Part shown: positions 1 to 12,000 of the stretch, piece by piece
How the letters are laid out: every line of letters begins with the position of its first letter
Position numbering within the stretch: the stretch's first letter is position 1
Assembly: GCA_047967505.1 (NCBI GenBank)
Contig: CM106538.1
DNA from: Dipteris shenzhenensis
Taxonomy: Eukaryota
DNA length: 64,000 nucleotides
Reading direction: 5' to 3' (one strand)
Program-made: the position numbers and the translations under genes
The notes under the pieces: model-generated
The model's input: only the letters and a program-made list of their open reading frames with translations
Databases searched by the model: none
Told to the model about the DNA's origin: nothing

Positions 1-234
1 CCCACTAATGTTTTTTTTAAAGTTCTATTAAGGGTTGCTATATAGCGATGCTTTACTAGTGTCGCTATATAGCGACGTTTACCAGAGTCGCTATATAGCA
101 ATGCTTATACAGCGACATTTCTTCTTTGATGTTAATAGTGATGTAAATAGTGACTATTGCACCTGTTTCAAAAAAAACTTTTTAGTGTAAAAAAGGTCGG
201 TATTCTCATCGAAAATGACCTGTGCCTTGTAGTG
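1..234. mobile_element. Right end of a CACTA (En/Spm) DNA transposon, same family as 31535-37007
   Basis: Ends in ...GCCTTGTAGTG (reverse complement CACTACAAGGC). Carries several copies of the palindrome TCGCTATATAGCGA (e.g. 61-76). Clearly similar to 36802-37007. Confidence 0.85.
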
Positions 235-316
235 AATATCTAAAGAGATTGGCTATAGATACCATCAAGAGTCTCCGCACAAGGTATCCCAATCCAAATC
301 ACCTTGAGTTCACTAA

Positions 317-486
317 TGAGAGTGCTCTCAACGGAAGCAAGAACGGAAGAAGGAGAGAGAGAGACAGAGAGCCACACAAGTTTTGGTGGGTGCAGAACAC
401 CCTAATCTTCTTTTTCATTCATTTATATATGTGTTTGAGTATTGTACATAACCGGGGTAAAGGCACAGTGACCTTTAACCCCCACA
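317..486 (-). repeat. 3' LTR of Copia A1 (170 bp)
   Basis: Direct repeat of 6511-6681 with TG..CA termini; adjacent PPT AAGTGGGAGGT on the minus strand. Confidence 0.95.
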
Positions 487-1348
487 ACCTCCCACTTAAA
501 GGAAAATGTGCCTTTAAGGGAGAACAACCAGTGAGCATACTATCCAATGCCCATCAATACACGACAATACTCAAATCGCTGACTAGGTAGACTCTTTGTC
601 AGCATATCTGCAGGGTTATCATCTGTATGAACCTTGACAAGCTCTATGCACTTGTCCTCAAGTACCTCCCTGATGAAATGGTACCTGACCTCAATGTGTT
701 TGGTCTTTGCATGAAAGACTGGATTTCGTGCTAGCTGAATAGCACTCATGGAATCACTATGCAATGTCGGTACACCTGTATGAATCCCCAAATCTCCCAC
801 TAGCCAATCAAGCCATATAGCCTCCTTGCAACCCTCTGTGGCTGCAACATACTCAGCCTCTGTGGTAGACACACCACCCTAATCTTCTTTTTCATTCATT
901 TATATATGTGTTTGAGTATTGTACATAACCGGGGTAAAGGCACAGTGACCTTTAACCCCCACAACCTCCCACTTAAAGGACAATGTGCCTTTAAGGGAGA
1001 ACAACCAGTGAGCATACTATCCAATGCCCATCAATACACGACAATACTCAAACCGCTGACTAGGTAGACTCTTCGTCAGCATATCTACAGGGTTATCATC
1101 TGTATGAACCTTGACAAGCTCTATGCACTTGTCCTCAAGTACCTCCCTGATGAAATGGTACCTGACCTCAATGTGTTTGGTCTTTGCATGAAAGACCGGA
1201 TTTCATGCTAGCTGAATAGCACTCATGGAATCACTATGCAATGTCGGTACACCTGTATGAATCCCCAAATCTCCCACTAGCCGATCAAGCCATATAGCCT
1301 CCTTGCAACCCTCTGTGGCTGCAACATACTCAGCCTCTGTGGTAGACA
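398..1348. repeat. 477-bp tandem duplication of partial LTR + PPT + RNase H C-terminus
   Basis: 398-871 repeats at 875-1348 with about 7 substitutions. Confidence 0.95.
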
Positions 1349-4300
1349 AAGCAACGCACTTCTGTGTGTGAGACATCCACGACACTGCACCACCTGCAAA
1401 GGTGAACACATAACCAGAAGTGGATCTCCTACTATCCACATGCCCTGCATAGTCTGAATTTGTGTACCCAAGTACACGCATGTCTCCTTTACCAAAGCAA
1501 ATGCACATCTCCTTGGTACCCTTCATGTACCTCATGATGCACTTAACTGCCTCCCAATGCCTCTTTCCTGGATTAGCCATATACCGGCTAACAACTCCCA
1601 CTACAAATGCAATGTCTGGTCTAGTAGCTATCATAGCATACATAAGACTCCCAACTGCTGATGCATAAGGAGCCTTGGCCATCATGGCCCTCTCCTCCTC
1701 TGATTTGGGACTATCTGTATGACTCAGTTTCACATATGGAGGCAATGGAGTACTCACTGCCTTCTCCCCCTCCATATTGAAATGCTGTAATACTTTTGTA
1801 ACATACTCTTTTTGTGAAAGCCAAAGGAGTTTCCTACTCCGATCACGCGTGATGCGCATACCAAGAATATGACCTGCAAATCCCAAATCCTTCATATCAA
1901 AGGCCTCATGCAACTTGGCCTTTAATGCATCTAGCTCATAAGTATTCTTGCTAGCCAATAGCATATCATCCACATATAGTGCCAGGATTATCAGGCTACT
2001 ATCCTTAGCCCTTTTAGTGTAGAGGTAGTGATCAATTTCACTCCTTCTAAAACCTTGGGACTGAATGAAAGCATCAAACTTCTGATACCATTCTCTAGGT
2101 GCTTGCTTGAGACCATAGAGACTCTTCTTTAGCTTGCAAACTAAATGCTCTTTGCCCTTTTCTTCAAAGCCTTCTGGCTGCATCATGTAAATTTCCTCAT
2201 GCAAATCCCCATGCAAGAAAGCTGTCTTGACATCCATCTGCATGAGTTCCATATCCTCTACTGCCACTAGTCCAAGCATAATGTGGTCATCTTCACAACC
2301 GAAGAGAATTTCTCATCAAAGTCCACACCCTTCTCTTGCTTGAACCCTTTAGCAACCAAACGGGCCTTGTACCTAGGCTCATCATCACCTGTGACCTTCA
2401 TTTTGTAGACCCATTTACATGGCGATGCTTTCTTTCCATGTGGCAAAGAAACCAAGTCCCAAGTCTTATTCTTCATAAGTGAACTCATCTCTGATTGCAT
2501 AGCATACTTCCACTTGCATTGATCCTCACGCATCATAGCCTCTCTGTAGCAAGAAGGCTCCCCGCAATCAGTAAGCATCACATAGTCTACCCCTGGAACG
2601 AACCTATCAGGCGGTCTAGACACTCTAGATGTGATCTTCTCAAGGGCATTTCAGCTTGCTGTCCCACCTGCATATCAGTCACATTTGGCTCATCATTTCC
2701 ACCAATAGATGATCCATCATCTACCCTTGATTGTATACCTGTGGGAGTACTTGGTGGTACCATTTCTTGCACATTTGGTGCATGGACAGCTTGCTGTCTA
2801 TCAACATATGCAGGTGGATTCACATCCTAGAAAGTGATTCTCCTCATTTCCACATCCCTCATGGGTGCCTTATGCATCTTCTTCTCATTGAAGACCACAT
2901 CATGTCTGCATATGACCTTCTTTGCTTCTGGATCCCAGAGACGATAGCCCATCTCTCCACTTTCACCATAACCCAGAAAGATGCATTTCCTAGACTTAGG
3001 ATCTAGCTTCTTTCGAAGCTCTTTTGGCACATGTGCATATGCCTCACACCCAAATATACGCAAATGAGAGTAAGAGGGCTTCTTGCCACTCCATGCCTCT
3101 TCAGGAATACCACCATCCAAACTCTTACTAGGTGATCTATTGATCACATGCACTGCAGTCTTCGTTGCCTCAGCCCAAAAACCACCAGAAAGACTTGCAT
3201 TGGAAAGCATGCATTGCAACCTTTCTTGAATGGTACGGTTCATCTTTTCTGCAACTGGATTTTGCTCTGGAGTACGAGGGGATGTGAGCTCCCTCTTAAT
3301 CCCATGTGTATCACAGAAATGCTGAAAGTCATGAGAGAGATACTCTCCACCATTATCAGTCCGTAGGCATTTAAGCGTTCTACCTGACTGATTCTCAACC
3401 AAGGCCAGCCATTTTTGAAATACCTGGAACACATCACTCTTCCGAGCTATAGCATAAGCCCACACTTTCCTAGTTGCATCATCAATGAATGTCACATAGT
3501 ATTCAGCCCCGTCTAATGATCGTGTAGGCATGGGACCACATACGTCTGAAAGCACCAAATCAAGAATTTCAAACTCTTTCTTTTCCCTTCTTTTATAGGC
3601 TGATTTAGTTTGCTTCCCATAGAGACAATGCTCACAAAATTCAAAATCAGAGAAACTCAAATGCGGTACATAACCCAAATGGCATAAGAGTTTCATTCCA
3701 TTCTGGCTCATGTGCCCCAACCTGCAATGCCACAAAGAAGTGCTTGGCTGCTCAGTTATTGCAACAACATGATCAAATACCCCTGATACATGTAAGGGAT
3801 ACAAAGTCCCACACTTGGCACCCCTGGCTAAAAGCATAGAGTCCTTTTGAATTTTCCAACTTTGAAAGCCAAAAGTGGTGTGAAAACCAGCATCATCTAG
3901 TTGACCCACTGAGATAAGACTCTTGGTTAGCTTAGGCACATGTCTCACATGTTTCAAAACAAATGTAGACCCATTTGCAAAAGAAAACTTTATGTCACCT
4001 GCTCCCACTATGTCACATGCATAGTCATTTCCAAGATGCACACAACCTGTCTTTCCACTGTCATAAGTGGAGAACCATTCCTTATGGGGAGTAACATGGA
4101 ATGAAGCACCAGAATCCAAAATCCAATCCTGGGAATATGCATCATCTGAAGTAGTAAGCAACTCTGCAGATAAACTAGACATGAAGAGAATGTCATTGTC
4201 ACCATCATGTGTGACTGCATTGATCTCCTCGATCTTCACTTTTCCTTTGTTCTCCCTTGGACTCTCTTCCTTTTGATTTGCACCCCAATTTGCATTCTTT

Positions 4301-5076
4301 TTCTTATCCTTTTGCTCTCTTTTCAGCTTGTAGCAATCCTTTTTCATATGGCCCTTCTTGCCACAATGGTAACACTCAATGTTCCGTGCCTTGGATTTGC
4401 TACGAGACTTCCCTCTTTCTTGGGACTTCCCCCTGAACTGTGATCTGCCCCTTTGCACATTTAAGGCTGCATCGTGCTTGTTGCCATCCATAGACTTCCG
4501 TCCAATCTCCTCGGCCAACAAGCTACCCACAACATCATCAAATTTCAATAGTCCACCAGGTGCAGAGTTACTGACAGCTGTACAGAAGGTATCCCATGAG
4601 GATGGCAATGAACATAAGAGAAATATTGCCTTAGTCTCCGCATCAAAATTCATTTTCTGAGCCTAAAGCTGGCTGAAAATAATATTGAATTCATTCAAGT
4701 GAGAAGCAATGGAGACCCCTTCCTTCATTTGCAGCTCAAACAACCTCTTCATGAGGTAAACTTTATAAGAGGCAGTTTCCTTCTCATAAGTGGCACACAG
4801 TTTCTTCCACAAATCTTCCGTAGTCTACTCATTTACTACTGTGAAATAAACTGACTCTGCAAGATGAAGTCTAATAGTAGACTTTGCTAATGCATCCAAC
4901 TCATTCCAATCATCCTCAAACATATCTGCAGGCTTAGCTTCAATACCTACCAAGGGTTTAATCTGCTTCTTTTGAATAAGCACATCCCTTATTTGTTCTT
5001 TCCACAAAGAAAAGTTTGTCCCATCAAACTTTTTAATGCTGAAAAACTCCTTTTTAGACATGGAAGAGGATGCCAT
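1017..5076 (-). pseudogene. Copia gag-pol polyprotein (A1), disrupted
   Basis: KFDGTNFSLWK Gag; CYHCGKKGHMKKDC zinc knuckle; WILDSGAS protease; WHCRLGH and FIDD...RTDNGGEY integrase; QMDVKTAFLHG and YVDDM RT; TKHIEVRYHF RNase H. Several stops and frameshifts. Confidence 0.93.
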
Positions 5077-6496
5077 GATGCAAATGAAACAAAATCCCAA
5101 ATGCTAGTGCCTGCAAGAGAGAATCACACAAAATACTAGGTGCACCCAAATGTGTATGCCACAATAGACTGAAATATCACCAAAACTCAAAGCTCAAAGC
5201 ATCAAAAAGATGCATCTGACTCATGTGCATATACTATGCATCCATATGAGCAAATGTGGCCCAAAAGAAAATGCCAATAAGTGCCAAATGACTCAAGCAT
5301 AAACACCGTCCACTGGCATATGCATCAATAATATCTCATCCAAGAGAGCATAGCACTATCAATGCATCACCTGCAATGTGTCAAAGCTGTCCCTCAGCAT
5401 AAAATAGCATCCATGTGCAAAGTGTCCATAAAAAATAGCATCCCACAAGGCAATTTGGGCCTATCAGCGCATCCAATGAGGACCGCAATGCATCCAAATG
5501 GCCTACAAATCATCCACTACAACCAAATGCACACCACGAATGAGCGCACACTGCTCAAACTACAACCAGAGTGATCTGCATAAGGTATGCTCAGGAAATC
5601 ATGGTCCCACGGTAATGACCGCTACTGAAAATAGAACCTAAGATGCCTCAAAACATGGGCGCCATTGCATAATCGGACTCGGCAAGAAAATCTGCAAATA
5701 TCTTTCTTCTGCCAGAACTCCAAAATCCCAACCGATGAGTGAGAAATGGGAGTCAACACTTATCCACTGCCATGTGGCATAAATCTAAGGTTTCAAAACC
5801 TTAGAATGAAAAATGCATAACAGAGAGACGAAATCGAATATACAGAGATCTATAACTCTGAAAATCCTCCACCGAATTATGCAAGAACTGACAGGTAGGG
5901 GTTTTTGGGTGTCCGAAACGCAATGGGACAGACGGTTTTGGAAACCGTGGTCTCAATCACTGGGTCCAACACACGGACTGAAAAACGTTTTTGGAAACAG
6001 AGCTGTTTGTAACTCCACCAAAGTGTGAATGATGAGCAACATAGAAGTTTTAGGACCTCTTGAGTCCACCGGAACTGACAGATCTACAAATGGTTGCTCC
6101 AAACTTGAGTTCCAACACTCGGGCAAAAAATGCAGAAACTGACACAGTGAGCCAGAAATCCAATGAAATGATCCCAGATTCAAGAATGAAAGTGTTTCCA
6201 AGCTCCTGAAGTAAAGTGGACACCAAAAGCAAGCAATAGACACAAGTCAATACAGAGTCTCTGTCATTGAATGGAATAGGGAAAAGCTCAAAAAACGACT
6301 TTTTTTTTTAAAACCACTTAACAGGCTCTCAAAACCACTTCGTAAAGCCAAAGTAACTTTTCCAAAGGTTCCTCCAAGGTCTCCGCACACTCGGCTGCAA
6401 GTAAAGTCACCCACAAAGCTTCCCACAGAGCTTCTTCTTCCTCCCATAGAGCTGTTGAGCTTCAAGCATTCACGCACGCTTAGCTAGATCACCCGG

Positions 6497-6508
6497 GCTC
6501 TGATACCA
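6497..6508 (-). other. Primer-binding site (tRNA-iMet) of Copia A1
   Basis: TGGTATCAGAGC on the minus strand, 2 nt from the 5' LTR. Confidence 0.9.
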
Positions 6509-6510
6509 GT

Positions 6511-6681
6511 TGAGAGTGCTCTCAACGGAAGTAAGAACGGAAGAAGGAGAGAGAGAGACAGAGAGCCACACAAGTTTTGGTGGGTGCAGAACCACCCTAA
6601 TCTTTTTTTTCATTCATTTATATATGTGTTTGAGTATTGTACATAACTGGGGTAAAGGCACAGTGACCTTTAACCCCCACA
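6511..6681 (-). repeat. 5' LTR of Copia A1 (171 bp)
   Basis: Direct repeat of 317-486, followed by TSD ACTAA. Confidence 0.95.
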
Positions 6682-9082
6682 ACTAAAACATGGGCAAAGA
6701 CAAAGATTACCACTATCCTTTCCAATAAGAGGTATTTGCTAAAGAGGCAGGCAATAGTCGAGATTGCCAGGAGAGAGGGAGAAAAATCACCAAGGGACTA
6801 GCCACACACTACTCATAAGCACGAGTGGAAGAAAGCCATAAAGCTAGCAAAAGAGGACCCCAGTCCATAGCACGTTGAGACACGACAGATCCAAATCGAG
6901 CAATATGGATCCCCACATTTCAAAGCAGGGGTAATTGCGTCATGGGAGGCCCAGTTTGTAAGTATTGATCTCAAATTAGGAGGTTGTTCCTTTGTTCTAG
7001 CCCCTTTGCAAATTGTGTAATCTTATAGCTTGATATCATGGGCAGATATCCTACTCCTATCGAGACAGCCTATCATCGTGGACATTACAGGCAACCTACT
7101 TCGAGGAACTTCTATGATGAGGGGTTGATTACTGAGGAGTAGTATAGGTGGGCTACTCGAACGCATGTAGGATTTTAAAGTACTTTAAAAAAGTCAATGT
7201 TGTGCATTTGTCTTAATTTTTCATACATTGATACATGTTGTCCCTCGTTTAGAGGCTCCTAGGGGTACTGACGGGGAAGAAGGCGATGAACAAGGGTTTG
7301 AGGGTGGAAGGAGCAGTGACAAGGATGCCTTCGATTAGGCATAGAAGTAGTGCAAGCTAGCTAGCATTCTTTTTTGTACTTGAAGCCACAAGTGGCTTGG
7401 CTTCATGCTCTATGTATATACAAACACTTTTTGGGCCATGAATTAATATACACTTCTGTTATTTATTTGGCATTCAATCTCCTCGTGCAATATTTTATCC
7501 ATGAATGCTTTGAGATGAAAAATGTTTTAGGGTTGTAATTTTTTATTCGAAATTGTAATCATCGGCTTGTATATGACTTCAAATTCCAATATTTCATCCC
7601 TTATCTCATTTAATAATATATAACAAATCATTAATAGCCATAGGATGTTGGCTGTAGAAATTCCATTTCACACTGTAAAAATGGGATTCCTACAACCACA
7701 TGGCAATCTGTTTTTTTAATTCAAGAAAATTATGCAAAGCATCTATAAGAGCGTCTATAAGCATGTCTCACTATCTTTTACATTTATGTAGAGCATCTAT
7801 TATCATGGTGTATTAGCGCATCAATAAGCACATCCCTTTGAATATAAACGCGCATTTAGATGAGGGTCTATGGATGCGCTAATAGATGCGCCCATCAATT
7901 AAGAAAAATAATCAAAAAATGCATTGATTACATGCCTATGGTTCCTTTTCCTTTCTACTCTTCAGAAATTAGAAGAGCAATCAACTCCTCAAAATCAGGA
8001 AAATTTCATAGACGGCAATGGATGCCTGAAATCGTGCATAATCCTTTCATAGGCCATTCAAGGTCACAGAAACTAAATCATCATCTTCCACTGGCAACCC
8101 AATAGAAGCAAGTGCATCTACAATCTTCTTCACCTTCATGTGGTAGTCATTGATGCTCATATTTTCTCTTTGCACATTATGCAACTCCTGCTTGAGCTGC
8201 ATTTTCCTGGCTCGCGTATTTCTGCTATACATTTTTGTCAAAGTATCCCACGCCTCCTTGGACGTGCTTGCATCCTGAATATGCACAATCATAGAATCTG
8301 AAATACTGATAGACAACCAATACATAACTTTTTTGGCTCTCTCATGCCAGCCTTTAAATGCCTGCAACTCCTGTTGATTAGGAACATTAGGAATAACTAG
8401 TTCTTGTTTAGCCCAGTAATGAACTCCCAATTGCCTTTTCCCTTAAGGAAATTCGTCATTCTAGCCTTCTATGCTTGGAAGTTGTTCTTGTCAAGCTTTT
8501 CAGTGACAATCTGTGAAAGAGCATCAGATGCCATTATAGAACACTACAAAATATTCTGTCACTGCAAAAAAAAACACAACTTCTGCCTCACAAGGGCAAA
8601 TCTCCAAAACTGACGAGAGTGGTATTTGACCACACAATCACTTCCTAGTGATGATTATGCATCAACAGGCAATAAGAATGATTATGTCACTCCCAATATC
8701 TCTGTGCACAGGCATACGATGTAATTTTTGCAATAACTTTTCACCAACCTACAGAACAATGGTTGCACAACAAAAACAGGGCTTTTTCCTAAGTGCCTGC
8801 AGAAAAATTCCGCCACCAAAACAGGCCTTGAAATGGCCCCATAGCATATACTACCCTCTCGCCACACCGTGAAGGGCGTCCCAATCTAAGACAGTGCACT
8901 CTTGCACTTTTCGGCTGTGCTACCTGCAGAGATTTGCTCCCAAACTCGAAAAAAAAGGAAAGCAATACTGATACTCTTACTAGGACACCATGAACTTGGT
9001 TTGCTTTCTTGAGCTCCTTACCATGAAGTGAGCTCTGATACCATGTGAAGAGAGTGGGAGAGAAGGAAGGAGTCTCACTTGC

Positions 9083-12000
9083 TGTTGAGATATCGAGCTC
9101 CACTCGCGATATGCTAGGGTGACTGTTGTGCATTTATGTCACCGACTTGTTAGCTGGAGATGCGGTTGGTACATCGCCCACGAATAATAGCTGGATGACA
9201 GCTATCCTTATCTACACTAGTTCGTGGCTCAGTTAGTATGCCACCTTAGTTAGTTGAGTTTGGTTTGAGACCCACATATTGGGTTCTTCTATTTCTTTGT
9301 ACTACAGTTCTTTTGGCTTTCACAACTAAGAAGAGGAAAACTGTTTTCAACCTCCACCTTTGTGTGTATTCCCCCATTGTGCATGTGAGAAAGCCGCAAG
9401 TGAGACTCCTTCCCTCTCTCCCACTATCTTCACATGGTATCAGAGCCTTGTTCGTGGTAAGGAGCTCAAGAAAGCAAGCCAAGTTCGTGGTGTCCTGGTA
9501 AGAGGACCAGTGTTGCTTTCCTATTTCGAGTTTGGGAGCAAATCTCTGCAGGTAGCACAGCCAGAAGTGCAGGAGTGCACTGTTCCAGATTGAGATGCCC
9601 TTCGCAGTGTGGCGAAAGCACAGTATATGCTGCGGATAAGGGCGAAGCCCTTAGTGACTTTATTTTTCTAATTTGAGGCCGTTTTGGGGCCCGTTTTGAA
9701 GGCAGAAGTTCTTCGCAGGCACTCAGAAAAAGGCCTTGTTTTTTGCTGTGCGACCACTATGCGGCTAGTCGGTGGAAAGGTGCCGCAAAAATTGCATCGT
9801 ATGCCTGTGTGCAGAGATATTGGGAGTTGCAGATTCATGCCTATTGCCTGTTGATGCAAAATCATCACTAGGAAGTGACTGTGTGGTGAAATACCACTTT
9901 CGTCAGTTTTGCAGATCTGCCCGTGTGAGGCAAAAGCTGTGTTTGTTGCAGTGACAGAATATTTTGCAGTGTTCTGTAATGGCATCTGATTCTCTTTCAC
10001 AGATTGTCACTGAAAAGCTTGACAAGAACAACTTCCAGGCATGGAAGTTTAGAATGACGAATTTCTTGATGGGAAAAGGCTATTGGGAATTCATTACAGG
10101 AAATGAAGAAGAACCTGTTCTTCCTAATGTTCCCAGTCAACAGGAAATGCAGGCATTCAAAGGATGGCATGAGAGAGCCAGGAAAGTTATGTATTGGCTG
10201 TCTATCAGTATTTCGGACTCCATGATTGTGCATATTCAGGATGCAAGTACGCCAAAGGAGGCATGGGATACTTTGGCAAAAATATACAGCACAAATACGC
10301 AAGCCAGGAAAATGCAACTCAAATAGGAGTTGCACAATGTGCAGAGAGAAAATTTGAGCATAAATGACTACCACATGAAAGTGAAGAAAATTGCAGATGC
10401 ACTTGCTTCCATTGGGTCGCCAGTGGATGATGATGATTTGGTCTCTGTGACCTTGAATGGTCTAGGAAAGGATTATGCACACTTCTGGACATCCATTGCC
10501 GTCCATGAAAAATTTCCTGATTTTGAGGAGCTGATTGCTCTTCTAATTTCTGAAAAGCAGAGAAATGGTGGTGCATCTTCTTCAGGAGGAACTTCAAAAG
10601 AAACTATCTTCTACTCAAATGCTGGGAGAGGTAGAGGCAGAGGTAGAGGAGGCCGATCTGCAGGCTGTGGTAGAAATCAGAATATGCAGCAAACGCAAGA
10701 AAACCAGTCCTATGCAGGAGGACGTGGTAACTCTAGAGGCAGGGGGAGCCAAAGAGGCCGTGGTGGATGGCAGAGAAGCCAAAATGCAAACAGCAATGTT
10801 GAATGCTACTATTGTGGCAAAATGGGTCATATGGCTAAGGACTGCTACAAAAAGCAGAATGACATTATGAATGGAAAATTGCAGCAAGGCAATTATGCAT
10901 CTTCTAGCAGGCAGGGTGATGACAGAAATGAGCATCTATTTATGGTGCAGCATATGACCAATTCTGTGACAAGTGCAGAAGAACAAAATGATGTGTGGTA
11001 TGTTGACTCAGGTGCGTCAAACCACATGACAGGTCATGCAGAATGGATGCAAGATGCAAGGAAAATGGAAAAGCCAGGATTTGTGGAGATCGGTGATGAT
11101 ACTGCACATCCTATTGTGCAGATTGGCAAAATCCCTTTGTCTATGCAGGATGGGAAAAAGAAATACTTGTCTGATGTATTTCATGTCCCGAACATCACCA
11201 AAAACCTGGTTTCTATTGGTCAGATGGTTGAGCAGGGCTTGCAGGTCAGATTTAATCCTCATGGATGCTTTGTTGAGGATATGAAAAATAATGGTCGCTT
11301 GATAGCAAAAGGAAAGAAGAAGGGCAGGATGTTTACATTGGATGCAGACATGCCTGAATTGAGTGCAGCAATGTTTGCACATGGGACCGGTGTAGTTGCA
11401 GATATTGATATCTGGCACAAACGCATTGGTCATGTTAATATACAGCGACGTAAATCAATGCAAGCCCAAAATATTGTTGCAGGCTTGCCTAAATTCAAGG
11501 TTGCAGAAATGCACAAGGTCTGTGAAGCCTGTCAATTTGGGAAACAGGCAAGGAAACCTTTTCCTAGCATGTTCAAGAGAGTAAAAAGCCATTGGAATTA
11601 ATCCACTCTGATGTGTGGACTACAAAAGCTGCATCTATTGGAGGCTATCACTATTTTGTCACATTTATTGATGACTTCAGCAGAAAACTGTGGGTGTATT
11701 TTATGAAAAAGAAAAGTTAAGTGTTTGGGCACTTCAAAGCTTTCAAAGCTATGGTTGAAAAAGAAACAGGCCTGCAAATAAAATGCCTAAGGTCAGATGG
11801 AGGGGGAGAGTACCTCTCAAATGAGTTTGCAAGGTTCTTGCAGGAGCATGGTATAAAGCAGCAATATTCATGCAGTCATACCCCACAGCAAAATGGAATT
11901 GCAGAAAGGAAAAATAGGCATATTGGAGAGGTATCTCGGGCTATGCTAAATGAAAAAGATCTACCAGATTATTATTGGGCTGAAGCAGTTGCTATAGCAG

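Larger units (their letters stand above)
317..6681 (-). mobile_element. Ty1/Copia LTR retrotransposon, family A copy 1 (Tnt1/Tork-like), full length
   Basis: LTRs 317-486 and 6511-6681 (TG...CA, 3 substitutions + 1 indel); TSD ACTAA at 312-316 and 6682-6686; PBS TGGTATCAGAGC at 6497-6508; PPT at 487-497; domain order gag-PR-IN-RT-RH. Confidence 0.97.
235..7340 (+). pseudogene. TnpA/Ptta-like second gene of an older CACTA element (exons 235-316 + 6687-6957, 7029-~7165, ~7253-7340), interrupted by Copia A1
   Basis: Removing 317-6686 restores the frame ...RYPNPNHLEF-TKTWAKTK...YGSPHFKAGVIASWEAQF|GTAAGT. This aligns with ...RQYPSPPNWEF...VGTLHFGTGRRLAFEATV|GTAAGT in the CACTA at 35600-36000. In-frame stops present. 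Confidence 0.65.

Noticed and set aside
2495-4660. Antisense and alternative-frame ORFs overlapping Copia pol genes (here and in the other elements)
   Set aside because: Shadow ORFs with no motifs or independent evidence.
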